Assembly: GCF_008065095.1 (NCBI RefSeq)
Contig: NZ_CP042911.1
Coordinates: 660,001-692,000, forward strand
Source of the DNA: Gemmata obscuriglobus
Lineage (GTDB): Bacteria; Planctomycetota; Planctomycetia; Gemmatales; Gemmataceae
Length of the DNA: 32,000 nucleotides
Direction: 5' to 3'
Shown: positions 1-8,898 of the stretch, in pieces
Layout of the letters: the number at the start of each line of letters is the position of its first letter
Position numbering within the stretch: position 1 is the first letter of the stretch
The notes under the pieces: generated by a model
Database searches by the model: none
What the model was told of the DNA's origin: nothing
Seen by the model: only the letters and a program-made list of their open reading frames with translations
Made by a program: the position numbers and the translations under genes

Positions 1-771
1 CTCCTGGCCCTTCGGCGGCTTGGCGCCGAACAGGGTGCGGCCGCAGTTCAGCAGGTCCGGGCGGGCGAACAGGAAGTTCTTGTCGATGAGGAAGTATTCC
101 TGCTCCGGGCCGACGGTGGTGAACACCTTCTTGGCCTCGGCGTTGCCGAACAGCTTCACGATGCGGAGCGCCTGGTGGCTCAGGGCCTCCATGCTGCGGA
201 GCAGCGGGGTCTTCTTGTCGAGCGCCTCACCGGTCCACGACACGAACACGGTCGGGATGACGAGGGTGGCGCCGTTCGGGGTCTCGCGGATGTACGCCGG
301 CGAGGTCGGGTCCCACCCGGTGTACCCGCGGGCCTCGAACGTGGCGCGGATGCCGCCGCTCGGGAAGCTGCTCGCGTCCGGCTCGCCCTTCACCAGCTCC
401 TTGCCGCTGAACTCGGACACCGCGCTGCCGGTGCCGGTCGGGGCCAGGAAGCTGTCGTGCTTCTCGGCGGTCAGCCCGGTCATGGGCTGGAACAGGTGGG
501 TGAAGTGGGTGGCGCCGTGCTCGATGGCCCAGTCCTTCATAGCGCTGGCGACGGCGTCGGCGACGGCCGGGTCGGTGAGCTGCGCGCCCTGCTTGATGGT
601 CTTCTGGAGGGCCTTGAACACCGGCTTCGGGAGCCGCTGCTTCTGCACCTCCTCGCTGAACACCAGCGTGCCGAACAGCTCCTTCAGGTGCGCGGTGCGG
701 AAGTCGATCTGGTTCAGGTCGTATTCGGTCGTCGCGATGGCTTGAATCGCGGCCTGACGGGGGTTCGACAT
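1..771 (-). CDS. glnN: Type III glutamine synthetase (GlnN), N-terminal 257 codons; the gene continues past the left edge of the window
   Basis: Absent from the ORF track because no stop lies in the window. Hand translation of the minus strand from ATG 771..769 gives [10 protein letters not shown]...[22 protein letters not shown]...[31 protein letters not shown]...[37 protein letters not shown]. This matches the conserved GSIII N-terminal blocks ([41 protein letters not shown]). An AGGAG Shine-Dalgarno lies about 8 nt upstream, and the frame stays open to position 1. Confidence 0.85.
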   Translation of the reverse strand, partial: MSNPRQAAIQAIATTEYDLNQIDFRTAHLKELFGTLVFSEEVQKQRLPKPVFKALQKTIKQGAQLTDPAVADAVASAMKDWAIEHGATHFTHLFQPMTGLTAEKHDSFLAPTGTGSAVSEFSGKELVKGEPDASSFPSGGIRATFEARGYTGWDPTSPAYIRETPNGATLVIPTVFVSWTGEALDKKTPLLRSMEALSHQALRIVKLFGNAEAKKVFTTVGPEQEYFLIDKNFLFARPDLLNCGRTLFGAKPPKGQE

Positions 772-977
772 CGGGAGGAGACTCCTGTTCCGCGCCGCGC
801 CGCGGCGCAACTCAGTAAAGGTGGTGGACAGCACGCAACGGGCGCCCTGTGGGCCGATTTCGGGCCGCGCGGTTGGGCTGGTCGGGGAGAGGTTACTCAG
901 GTTATAAGCGTGATGAGAGTTGCGGCAAGAAGCAAGTTCCGCGCCGGCGGGCGAATGCGGCGTCAGGAGGACACACC

Positions 978-1928
978 ATGCGGACCATCGCGGTCATCAA
1001 TCAGAAGGGCGGGGTCGGGAAGACGACAACCACCGCGAACCTCGCGGCGGCGCTGGCGCTGGCGGGCAAGCGGGTGTGCGTGATCGACCTGGACCCGCAG
1101 GCGCACGCCAGCACCCACCTCGGGGCCGAGCCGGACGGCACGCTGCCGTCCCTGTACGACGTGCTGGTGTCCAACAAGCCGGTCGCCGAGGTGCGCCGCA
1201 CGGTGGGCGACAACCTGAGCCTGATCCCGTCGGACATCAACCTGGCGGCGGCCGAGGTGGAACTCGCGGGCATCGTGGGCCGCGAGGTGATCCTCCGCGA
1301 GGCCCTGGCGGCGGACGCGACCGCGTTCGATTACGTGCTGATGGACTGCGGCCCGTCGCTGGGGGTGCTGACGCTCAACGCGCTGGCCGCCGCGGACGAG
1401 GTGTTCATCCCGCTCCAGCCGCACTTCCTCGCGCTGCACGGGCTGAGCAAGCTGCTCGAAACGACGGCGCTCGTGGCCCGGCGCATCAACCCCAAGCTCA
1501 CGGTCACCGGGGTCGTGGTGTGCCTCTACGACGCTGCCACCAAACTCGCTCAGGAGGTGGTCACGGACCTGACCACGTTCCTGGCGCAGAGCCGCGGGGC
1601 GAACGTGCCGTGGGCGAACGCCAAGGTGTTCGGCACGAGGATCCGGCGCAACATCAAACTGGCGGAGTGCCCGAGCTTCGGCAAGAGCGTGTTCGCCTAC
1701 GCGCCGAAGAGCAGCGGTGCGACCGACTACGCCGCCCTCGCGAACGAGGTGATGGGCGTGGCGGCTCCGGTGGTGGTGGGGCCGCTGAAGCTGACGGTCG
1801 AAGTGCCGGTGGTCGCGGCTCCGGCGGCTGAATCGGCAGCGGTCGCGGTGCCGGTACTCGAAACGCCGGTGCTCGATGTGCCAGTTCGCCAAACGACCGT
1901 CGAGGTGCCGGAGCCTGCGGTGGCGTGA
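978..1928 (+). CDS. ParA/Soj-family P-loop ATPase (316 aa) with a Pro/Val/Ala-rich C-terminal tail
   Basis: Internal ATG of ORF 849..1928, preceded by GGAGGA. The product starts [27 protein letters not shown] (deviant Walker A KGGVGKT), followed by IDLDPQ and DCGPSLG motifs. The last ~55 aa are VPV/VEVP-like quasi-repeats. Confidence 0.85.
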   Translation: MRTIAVINQKGGVGKTTTTANLAAALALAGKRVCVIDLDPQAHASTHLGAEPDGTLPSLYDVLVSNKPVAEVRRTVGDNLSLIPSDINLAAAEVELAGIVGREVILREALAADATAFDYVLMDCGPSLGVLTLNALAAADEVFIPLQPHFLALHGLSKLLETTALVARRINPKLTVTGVVVCLYDAATKLAQEVVTDLTTFLAQSRGANVPWANAKVFGTRIRRNIKLAECPSFGKSVFAYAPKSSGATDYAALANEVMGVAAPVVVGPLKLTVEVPVVAAPAAESAAVAVPVLETPVLDVPVRQTTVEVPEPAVA

Positions 1929-1952
1929 TACCGCGTCTGGAATGGGCATGTA

Positions 1953-2000
1953 AACGAGAGCCGGCCCGGACAGGCAAACCTGTCCGGGCCGGCTCTCGTT
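1953..2000. terminator. Perfect 22-bp stem / 4-nt loop hairpin between convergent genes; candidate bidirectional terminator
   Basis: aacgagagccggcccggacagg-caaa-cctgtccgggccggctctcgtt, starting 25 nt after the ParA stop. There is no clear U-tract. Confidence 0.55.
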
Positions 2001-2224
2001 CACACACGTGTTGCGATCATTTACCGCCCGGTCGCGGCTACCCGTTCTCGTCTTTGTGGCACAGGCATTCCTCAAGGAGTTGCCGCGGCGGTTGAGTGGT
2101 GCGTGAAACAGCGCACCAGTGGTTTGCGCTCGCTGCCGATGGGCGCAGCCTGCCGGTGCCGCGAAATCGGTACAGCACCGCCGATGCCGTCGCGGTTACG
2201 GCCTTTGGTTACCGCTCATCGTCA

Positions 2225-3085
2225 TCACGGGGGCGGGACGTCTTCCCGCCCGCCAACGGTTGCCAACGCCTCCAGTACCTCCGGAGCGGTCGCGCTGGTG
2301 AGCGACCGCACTGACGTGTCGGCAAACGCCACGGTGCAGGTGTGCAACCGCTCGCCGACCAGCACAGGGCCGCCGTTGTGGAACCCGCCGAACGGCCGCC
2401 CGGGGCCGATGTACGGCGCCGTTCCGGGCTCGAACCCGCGCACGGTCGCGCGCCCGCCGAAGGCCCAGTGCCCGGGCTCGTTCGCGGTTTCGATGAGGAG
2501 CAGCGTGTTTGATGTGCCGTCGGGGAAGCCGTCCTTCAGCGAGGTGCGCCGGTCGTAGCCGAACACGCCCGCTCGTGGGTGTTTCAGAGGCAGTTCGGCT
2601 GCATCAGTCCCAATGCCCGCGACGCCAACGTAGTGCGTGATTGGAGTCGGCGATTTCCAACGGGACGTGTTGTGGTCGTACTCGCCAGACGACGGGCACA
2701 CCAAGTTACGGAAGCGGTTGCTGGCGGCCCCTTCGTTGACCGGATCGTCGGCCCCACGCATCAGGTCGAATTTGTTGTACGCCCGACCTTGTTCGGCGTA
2801 AGGCAACACTTCCACCAACCAACTCAATCGCCGCTCTGGCGGGAGAGCCGGGTTCTGCACCGTCCCGGTCAGAAAAACAGTAGTGCGATCATCCCACGGC
2901 GCGTCCGGACCGCGATAGTGTGCATCGGCGTGGGTGTGCAGTATCGTGGCCCACCACTTGAAGTTGCTTTGGCAGGTCATCCGCGCCGCTGCTTCCCGCA
3001 CCTTCTGAACGGCCGGGAACAGCAACCCGACGCACGTCAGTACGCACAGGGCCGCGACAACGACCAGCACCCGATTGCGTGACAC
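2225..3085 (-). CDS. DUF1559-family (planctomycete pseudopilin-like) protein with a degenerate N-terminal prepilin motif
   Basis: 286 aa with a GTG start. It contains [23 protein letters not shown], the core shared with the 7814..8827 paralog, plus FPDGTSNTLLLIE. It lacks the [10 protein letters not shown] cleavage/methylation motif, and the C-terminal motif reads HNGG...AFADTSV rather than H-X9-DG. Confidence 0.75.
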   Translation of the reverse strand: MSRNRVLVVVAALCVLTCVGLLFPAVQKVREAAARMTCQSNFKWWATILHTHADAHYRGPDAPWDDRTTVFLTGTVQNPALPPERRLSWLVEVLPYAEQGRAYNKFDLMRGADDPVNEGAASNRFRNLVCPSSGEYDHNTSRWKSPTPITHYVGVAGIGTDAAELPLKHPRAGVFGYDRRTSLKDGFPDGTSNTLLLIETANEPGHWAFGGRATVRGFEPGTAPYIGPGRPFGGFHNGGPVLVGERLHTCTVAFADTSVRSLTSATAPEVLEALATVGGREDVPPP

Positions 3086-3103
3086 GTCGCGGCCCTCGCG
3101 GGG

Positions 3104-4291
3104 TTACTTGCGGCTCTTCGGGTGGTGGAACGCGATCCACCCGCCGTTCTGCTTGCTGCTCTCCACGCACTTCGTGATGAACAGCATACCCTCCACGCCG
3201 TCGTAGACGTTCGGGTAAACCGTGTTCACGGTCTCGAACGACTCCCCCGCGGCGCGCTTCACCATCGCGTCGTAGGCGGTGCCGTAGACGTTCGCGAACG
3301 CCTCGAAGAACGCCTCGGGGTGGCCGCTCGGCAGGCGCACGCTCGCGCCGTGCGCGGCGCCAAGGTACGGGCCGCCGTTGCGGGTGTACAGCTTGTGCGG
3401 CTCGCCGTTCTTGCGCACGAGCAGCTTGTTCGGCTCCTCCTGGTGCCACTCGATCGCGCCCTTCGTGCCGTCCACCTCGATGAAGAGGTCGTTCTCGCGG
3501 CCGTGCGAGATCTGGCTGGCGGTGACGGTCGCCAGCGCGCCGTTCTCGAACCGGACCAGCGCGACGCCGTAGTCGTCGAGGGCGCGGCCGTCGGCGAAGA
3601 TCTTCAGGCTGCACGAGATCTCGGTCGGCAGCAGCCCGGTGATGAACCGGCCGAGGTTGTAGGCGTGGGTGCCGATGTCGCCGAAGCACCCGGCGATCCC
3701 GCTCTTGCTGGGGTCGGTGCGCCAGGCCGCCTGCTTCTGCCCGCCCGTCTCCAGTCGGTCGCGGAGCCAGCCCTGGATGTAGTTCGAGCGGATCGCGTTG
3801 ATCTCGCCGAGTTCGCCGTTGAGTACCATCTCGCGGGCCTGCCGCACCAGCGGGTAGCCGGTGTAGTTGTGCGTCACCGCGAACACCACGCCGGACTTCT
3901 CAACCACCTTCAGCAGCTCTTCCGCTTGGGCCAGGTCGAACGTGAGGGGCTTGTCGCAGATGACGTTGAACCCGGCTTCGGTGAAGGTCTTGGCGATCTC
4001 GAAGTGGGTGTGGTTCGGCGTCGCGACGGAAACGAAATCGACCTTGTCGGCCCGCTTGGCTTCGGCCTCGGCCATCTCCTTGTAAGAGGTGTAAGCGCGT
4101 TCGGCGGGGATGTCGTAATCGCTCGCGGACGCCTTCGCGCGGGCCGCGTCGCTGGACAGCGCGCCGGCGACGAGCGCCGCGCGGTTGTCGAGCACGGCCG
4201 CGGTGGCGTGGACGCGGCCGATGAAGGAGCCCTGCCCGCCGCCGATGAGGCCCATGCGGAGCTTGCGGTTGAGTGATCCGTTGGTCGGCAC
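3104..4291 (-). CDS. Gfo/Idh/MocA-family NAD(P)-dependent oxidoreductase
   Basis: C-terminal part of the 777-aa ORF: [20 protein letters not shown] (Rossmann GxGxxG), [29 protein letters not shown] and VTHNYTGYP. The chosen start is GTG 4291..4289, which has GGAG 8 nt upstream. An alternative ATG lies at 4255. Confidence 0.85.
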   Translation of the reverse strand: MPTNGSLNRKLRMGLIGGGQGSFIGRVHATAAVLDNRAALVAGALSSDAARAKASASDYDIPAERAYTSYKEMAEAEAKRADKVDFVSVATPNHTHFEIAKTFTEAGFNVICDKPLTFDLAQAEELLKVVEKSGVVFAVTHNYTGYPLVRQAREMVLNGELGEINAIRSNYIQGWLRDRLETGGQKQAAWRTDPSKSGIAGCFGDIGTHAYNLGRFITGLLPTEISCSLKIFADGRALDDYGVALVRFENGALATVTASQISHGRENDLFIEVDGTKGAIEWHQEEPNKLLVRKNGEPHKLYTRNGGPYLGAAHGASVRLPSGHPEAFFEAFANVYGTAYDAMVKRAAGESFETVNTVYPNVYDGVEGMLFITKCVESSKQNGGWIAFHHPKSRK

Positions 4292-4361
4292 GTGAGGAAC
4301 TCCGGAAGAGGGAGGCGGGGTTCGATGCGTGCCGGAGATTGTAAGGACGGCGTGCGCGCCG

Positions 4362-4694
4362 TCAGCCCCCCGATTCGGTCCACATGACAGCGCCCAGCGC
4401 CAGAGCGACGGCGCCAACGCCCCCGACGGCCGCGCCGGTCTGCCCGGCAAGCAGGTACCCGACGGCGCCGCAGGCAAGCACGAACGGAAACACGAACACA
4501 AACGGAATGACTGCCAGCCCCAGCCCGCCGGTATCAGAGACGCCTTCCGAGATCTGCCGCGTGAGCGCACGTTGCGTTTGCGGCGGAGACGGGGCGGTGT
4601 TCGGTTTCGGCGTGTCGCCTTGCGCGGTTCCGCACTGCGGGCAGACCGCGACGCGGTTCTCGATCGGCGCTCGGCACTGGCGGCACGGTCGCAT
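4362..4694 (-). CDS. Zinc-ribbon membrane protein (110 aa), function unknown
   Basis: MRPCRQCRAPIENRVAVCPQCG carries a CxxC-x11-CxxC zinc-ribbon motif. It is followed by a Pro-rich linker and two Gly/Ala/Val-rich TM-like segments. It has an ATG start and third-position GC bias. Its frame differs from that of the 777-aa ORF that overlaps it. Confidence 0.6.
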   Translation of the reverse strand: MRPCRQCRAPIENRVAVCPQCGTAQGDTPKPNTAPSPPQTQRALTRQISEGVSDTGGLGLAVIPFVFVFPFVLACGAVGYLLAGQTGAAVGGVGAVALALGAVMWTESGG

Positions 4695-4702
4695 TGTGCC
4701 CT

Positions 4703-5437
4703 TAACTCCTGTCCCCTGGCTTTCGCCAGCTCTTCACGCAGCCTGGCCAGTTCCGCCTCGGCCGTTTGCCGCACCTGTCGTTCGGCGCTCAGTTGCCGCT
4801 GGGCGTCGTCGCGCTGCTGGAGCGCGGCGTCTCGTTCTTTTAGCAGGTCGCCCGGAAGCGGGAGCAACTCGCCGCGGAACCAGTACCGCACCCACCGCCC
4901 GAGTTGCCCGACTTCGAGTTCCAGTTCCGGGATCGGGCACCGGCCGAGTGCGTTCGGCACCACGGATGTGTAGCCCTTCTCGCCCAGCCGGAACAGCGTA
5001 AACTCGTCCGCGTCCGGGTAGAACAGCAAATAGTACGGAACCTTCAGCTCCTGTTCGTACTTCGCGTAGCTCGTTTCCTCGTCCTTGCGGGCGCTCGCCT
5101 TCGATACGTATTCCAGCACCAGAAACGGTCCCACCGGTTGCAGCGGAGTGTTGTAGCTGTCGCCCGGTGCGAGTGGGTACGGGTGAATGAAGAGTGCGTT
5201 ATCCGGTTTGATTTGACCCGGCTCGTTCGTTCCGCTTTGCGGGAACTGAATCAGCAAGTTCGTGAACGGCTGCACATCGCTCCGGACGCCACGCACAACT
5301 TCCAACGGCCAGCGCGTGATATCGCGTTGCTCAGCGTGGGCCGGTACGACGTCGTCGTGGCACCGGCGTTCCGCGAACCGGTACGCGGCGGCGGCATATC
5401 GGTAAGCGAGTTCGAGTCGCGCGGTACCGATAAGCAT
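4703..5437 (-). CDS. Uma2-family (DUF820) putative endonuclease with a C-terminal coiled coil; no in-frame stop, so possibly frameshifted
   Basis: ATG 5437 with a strong AGGAGGAG SD. The product contains PDNALFIHP...PFLVLEYVSKASARKDEETSYAKYEQELKVPYYLLFYPDADEFTLFRL, matching the Uma2 PD-(D/E)xK-like core. A coiled-coil tail follows (LLKERDAALQQRDDAQRQL...LREELAKARGQ). The frame then continues as Arg-rich off-frame-looking sequence through the next two genes to 3104. Confidence 0.6.
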
Positions 5438-5500
5438 GGGCTCCTCCTGCGTATGCGCAACAGCGTATCTGTTGCTGCACAGCCGCGGAAGGTCGAACGG

Positions 5501-6721
5501 TCACACCACGCCCTTGTCGCGCAACGTGCGAACGGCGTCGGCGCCGAGGCCCAGCAACTCGGCGAGTATCGCGTCCGTTTGGGCGCCGAGGCGCGGCGGC
5601 ATCGTCGGTTCGGGCGCGGCGGCGCCGTGGACGTGCAGCGGTGAGCCGATCAGGTCCACCGGGTTGCCCGCCGGGTCGCGCACCGTGAGCTTCATCCCCC
5701 GGGCCAGCATTTGCGGATCGGCGAACACGTCGGCGTAGGTGCGCACCACCGCGTGCGGGACGTTCGCTTTCGTCAGGCGCGTTTCCCACTCAGCGGTGCC
5801 CAGCCGTTTCATCAGGGCTTCTACCATCGGGACCACCTCGGCGCGGCGCTCCACCCGCTGCCGGTTGGTCGCGAACGCGGGGGCGCTGCCGAGTTCCGGC
5901 GTGCCCGCCGCGGCGCAGAACGCGCGCCACTGCGAATCGTTGCCGACGTTGAGCACCAGCCAGCCGTCGGCTGTGGCGAACAGTTGGTACGGGACGATCT
6001 GAAGGTGCGCGTTCCCCTGCCGGGACGGCACGGTGCCGCCGGTCAGGTACGCCTGCGCTACGTTCACCTGCGCCGCGAGCGCGCAGTCGGCGAGCGCGAG
6101 GTCGATCGCGTACCCGTGACCGCTCCGGGACCGCGCGTGCAGCGCCGCGAGCACCGCGTTCGCGGCGTAGAGGCCGGTCAGGATGTCCACGACCGCCACA
6201 CCCACCTTGTAAGGCGGCCCCTCGGCGGGTCCGGTGATGCTCATCAGGCCCGACAGCGCCTGAACCGCGAAGTCGTACCCCGGGGCGTCTTTGAGCGGTC
6301 CGGTGCGGCCGAAGCCCGAGATCGAGCACGCGATCAGCCGCGGGTGCTTCGCAAGCAGCGCGTCCGGCGTCAGCCCGAGCTTGTCCGCGCTGTCGGTGCG
6401 AAAGTTCTCCAGCAGTACGTCGCTTTTCGCGAGCAGTTGGTGAAACAGTTCGCCGCCTTCGGCGCTCGCAATGTCGAGCGTGAGCGACCGCTTCCCGCGG
6501 TTGCACGACAGGAAGTACGCCGACAGGTCGCCGAACCCGGGCACGTAGGGCGGCCCCCACCCGCGGGTGTCGTCGCCCTGGCCGGGGCGCTCGAGCTTGA
6601 TGACCTCGGCGCCGAGGTCGGCGAGCAGTTGGCCGCAGAACGGCCCCGCCAGCACGCGGGCCGCGTCGAGGACGCGCACACCGTGCAGCGGCGGCACCGG
6701 GTCCGTCGGGAATGGCAGCAT
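5501..6721 (-). CDS. Family III CoA-transferase (CaiB/BaiF-like)
   Basis: 406 aa with the typical family III N-terminus GVRVLDAARVLAGPFCGQLLADLGAEVIKLERPGQGDDTRGWGPP. ATG start with GGAGG 6 nt upstream. Confidence 0.85.
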   Translation of the reverse strand: MLPFPTDPVPPLHGVRVLDAARVLAGPFCGQLLADLGAEVIKLERPGQGDDTRGWGPPYVPGFGDLSAYFLSCNRGKRSLTLDIASAEGGELFHQLLAKSDVLLENFRTDSADKLGLTPDALLAKHPRLIACSISGFGRTGPLKDAPGYDFAVQALSGLMSITGPAEGPPYKVGVAVVDILTGLYAANAVLAALHARSRSGHGYAIDLALADCALAAQVNVAQAYLTGGTVPSRQGNAHLQIVPYQLFATADGWLVLNVGNDSQWRAFCAAAGTPELGSAPAFATNRQRVERRAEVVPMVEALMKRLGTAEWETRLTKANVPHAVVRTYADVFADPQMLARGMKLTVRDPAGNPVDLIGSPLHVHGAAAPEPTMPPRLGAQTDAILAELLGLGADAVRTLRDKGVV

Positions 6722-6824
6722 GGGAACCTCCGTGCCCGAAATTCTATGCCGCGTCGCGACGTGACACGCCCGGGGCGGCGCGTTAAACTGCGCGCGCCCT
6801 CCAACTCTCCCGAGGGGCCACTCG

Positions 6825-7694
6825 ATGAACGCGCGCCGCGCGCCGGTCGCGGTCGTACTTCCCGCACACGGGGTCTACGTGTGGGAGACGCAGCACGACC
6901 ACGGGTTCGTGATGGAGCCCGAGAGCCACCCGTTCGCCGAACTCTTCTACGCCCTCGACGGCCGCGGGACGTTCGTTCTCGCCGGGCGCGGGCACGCGTG
7001 CGGCCCCGGCGACGTGGTCGTCGTGCCGCCGGGCGTGGTCCACCAGATCGCGGACCGCGACGCGCCGCTCACCCTGTACGGCATCGGCGTTTCCGCCGAA
7101 CTGCTGGCGTGCGACCCCGAACTGCAACTCAACGAGCGGGCCGGCGTCGTGCCCGGCTCGCGGGTGCTGGCCGCCCGCGTCCGCGCCGGGCTGCGCCAGA
7201 TGTTCCACGAGCAGACCGACACGCTGCCCGGCGGGCGCGCGAAGATGGTCGGGCTGGCCCTGCAACTGGTGGCGCTGGTCGCCCGGTCCGCGCCCCGGCC
7301 CGCCGCGGGCGCCCCCCGCCGCGAGACCGGGCGCGAGGCGGTCGAGCGGTTCCGCTCCGACCTCGACCGCCGGTTCTACGAGCCGCCGCGGCTCGACCGG
7401 GCCGCCGCCGAGTTGGGGCTGAGCCGGCGCTCGTTCACCCGCCTGTTCCGCGCCGCGGCGGGGTGCCCGTTCGCCGAGTACGTCGAGCGGGTCCGCGTCG
7501 AGTACGCGTGCCGACTGCTCCGGGACACCGCCCGCGGCATCACCTCGATCGCGTTCGAGTGCGGGTACGAGGACCTGTCCGCGTTCTACCGCGCGTTCAA
7601 GCGGCACACCGGGCAGTCCCCGGGCCGGTGGCGCGGGTCCGGTGCGGCCGTGCCGGTGTTGCGCGAAGTTGGCCCGATCCGCCAATCGGATTGA
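6825..7694 (+). CDS. AraC-family transcriptional regulator with an N-terminal cupin domain
   Basis: 289 aa. The cupin-like region is GDVVVVPPGVVHQI. The C-terminal HTH region is RRSFTRLFRAAAGCPFAEYVERVRVEYACRLLRDTARGITSIAFECGYEDLSAFYRAFKRHTGQSPGRWR. It is divergent from the CoA-transferase gene. Confidence 0.85.
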   Translation: MNARRAPVAVVLPAHGVYVWETQHDHGFVMEPESHPFAELFYALDGRGTFVLAGRGHACGPGDVVVVPPGVVHQIADRDAPLTLYGIGVSAELLACDPELQLNERAGVVPGSRVLAARVRAGLRQMFHEQTDTLPGGRAKMVGLALQLVALVARSAPRPAAGAPRRETGREAVERFRSDLDRRFYEPPRLDRAAAELGLSRRSFTRLFRAAAGCPFAEYVERVRVEYACRLLRDTARGITSIAFECGYEDLSAFYRAFKRHTGQSPGRWRGSGAAVPVLREVGPIRQSD

Positions 7695-7813
7695 CCCGAT
7701 CCGCCAAGACCGAATCGTTAGAGATCGATTAACGTACTGCTACTGCTCCAATAGCAGTGTCATCTCGTTCGGATTTGCAAGCACCTCGGTCCGCTCTTAT
7801 TTCGGAGGCTCCG

Positions 7814-8827
7814 ATGTCTCTCCCGGGTCTTCGCCTCGGGCGCCGCACGCGCCCGCGCGGGTTCACGCTCATTGAATTGCTGGTGGTGATCGCAATTATT
7901 GCGATCCTGATCGGGCTGCTGTTGCCCGCAGTGCAGAAGGTCCGTGAGGCGGCCGCCCGCATGAGCTGCCAGAACAACCTCAAGCAGCTCGGGCTGGCCG
8001 CCCACAACTACCACGACTCTGTGGGGACGCTGCCGCCGCTGCGGGTGACCAACAACACGGTCACGTGGTTCGTGCTCATTATGCCGTACATGGAACAGGA
8101 CAACCTGCGGAACCTGTGGACGCCGACCGCGAACTATTCCTCCACGACCAACGCGAACGGGCGCCAGTTCCACGTCAAGAGCTTCTACTGCCCGAGCCGC
8201 CGCAGCCCGGGCACGCTGAGCACGCAGGAGGACGTGATTCCGGCCGACGCGTCGCCGCCCCCGAACTTCCCGGGGCCGGGCACCGACGCCCGGTTCGCCG
8301 GGACCAACAACCCGCCCGGGGCGCTGGGCGACTACGCGGGCAGCGTGGGCACCGTGGACAACTACCCGGGAAACACGACCGACATCGCGTGGGCCAGCGT
8401 CCGGGCTAACGGCGCGCTGATCCAGGGGCAGGCCCCGGTCGGGACCAGCTTCAAGGGGCTGACCCACTTCGGCAGCATCAGCGACGGGCTGAGCAACACG
8501 TTCCTGGCGGGCGAGAAGCACATCCCGCAGGGCATGTTCGGGCGCGCGAAGGTGGGCGACGGGTCGATCTACAACGGCGTGTGGACCACGTACTCCGGGC
8601 GCGTGGCCGGGCCGGACGACCCCCTGGCGAAGGGGCCGACCGACGTGACCCCGAGCACCCGCGGGGACGCGTTCTACGCCCGCCGGTTCGGGAGCTGGCA
8701 CACGGGCGTGTGCAACTTCGTGTTCTGCGACGGCAGCGTCCGTGCCGTGCGGAACAGCATCGACGCCGCGAACCTGCGCCGGTTCGCGGTGCGCAACGAC
8801 GGCGAGGTGATCTCCGGGGCCGAGTGA
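7814..8827 (+). CDS. DUF1559 protein with prepilin-type N-terminal cleavage/methylation motif and H-X9-DG C-terminal motif
   Basis: Internal ATG after GGAGG. The product contains [66 protein letters not shown] and, at the C-terminus, [16 protein letters not shown] (H-X9-DG). Confidence 0.85.
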   Translation: MSLPGLRLGRRTRPRGFTLIELLVVIAIIAILIGLLLPAVQKVREAAARMSCQNNLKQLGLAAHNYHDSVGTLPPLRVTNNTVTWFVLIMPYMEQDNLRNLWTPTANYSSTTNANGRQFHVKSFYCPSRRSPGTLSTQEDVIPADASPPPNFPGPGTDARFAGTNNPPGALGDYAGSVGTVDNYPGNTTDIAWASVRANGALIQGQAPVGTSFKGLTHFGSISDGLSNTFLAGEKHIPQGMFGRAKVGDGSIYNGVWTTYSGRVAGPDDPLAKGPTDVTPSTRGDAFYARRFGSWHTGVCNFVFCDGSVRAVRNSIDAANLRRFAVRNDGEVISGAE

Positions 8828-8898
8828 CCGCCCGCGGTAAGGGCTTTGACCGTCGGCGGGCGCACCGGTACACTGGTGCGGTCACCTCGGAGGCGCCC

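Noticed and set aside
772-977. Sigma-54 or NtcA-type sites in the glnN-parA divergent region, including the GCGCCGCGGCGC palindrome
   Set aside because: No match to TGGCAC-N5-TTGC or GTA-N8-TAC could be found by eye. The GC-only 12-mer palindrome is not distinctive in DNA of this composition.
3104-5437. 777-aa ORF that looks like one large protein
   Set aside because: It concatenates a Uma2-like domain and a Gfo/Idh/MocA oxidoreductase through about 140 aa of Arg/Ser/Pro-rich sequence. That stretch overlaps a better zinc-ribbon ORF in another frame. The oxidoreductase has its own SD and start, so I treated these as separate genes plus a missing stop.
5711-7732. Long Arg/Pro/Gly-rich ORFs antisense to, or out of frame with, recognisable genes. 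Examples: 175..1083+, 963..2075-, 5711..7732+, 14368..16284-, 14400..16859+, 17858..19870+, 18348..19814-, 22193..24697+, 23841..25358-, 25880..27757+.
   Set aside because: Their composition (R/P/G/A-rich with no motifs) is typical of stop-poor alternative frames in high-GC DNA. Each fully overlaps a gene with clear family motifs.
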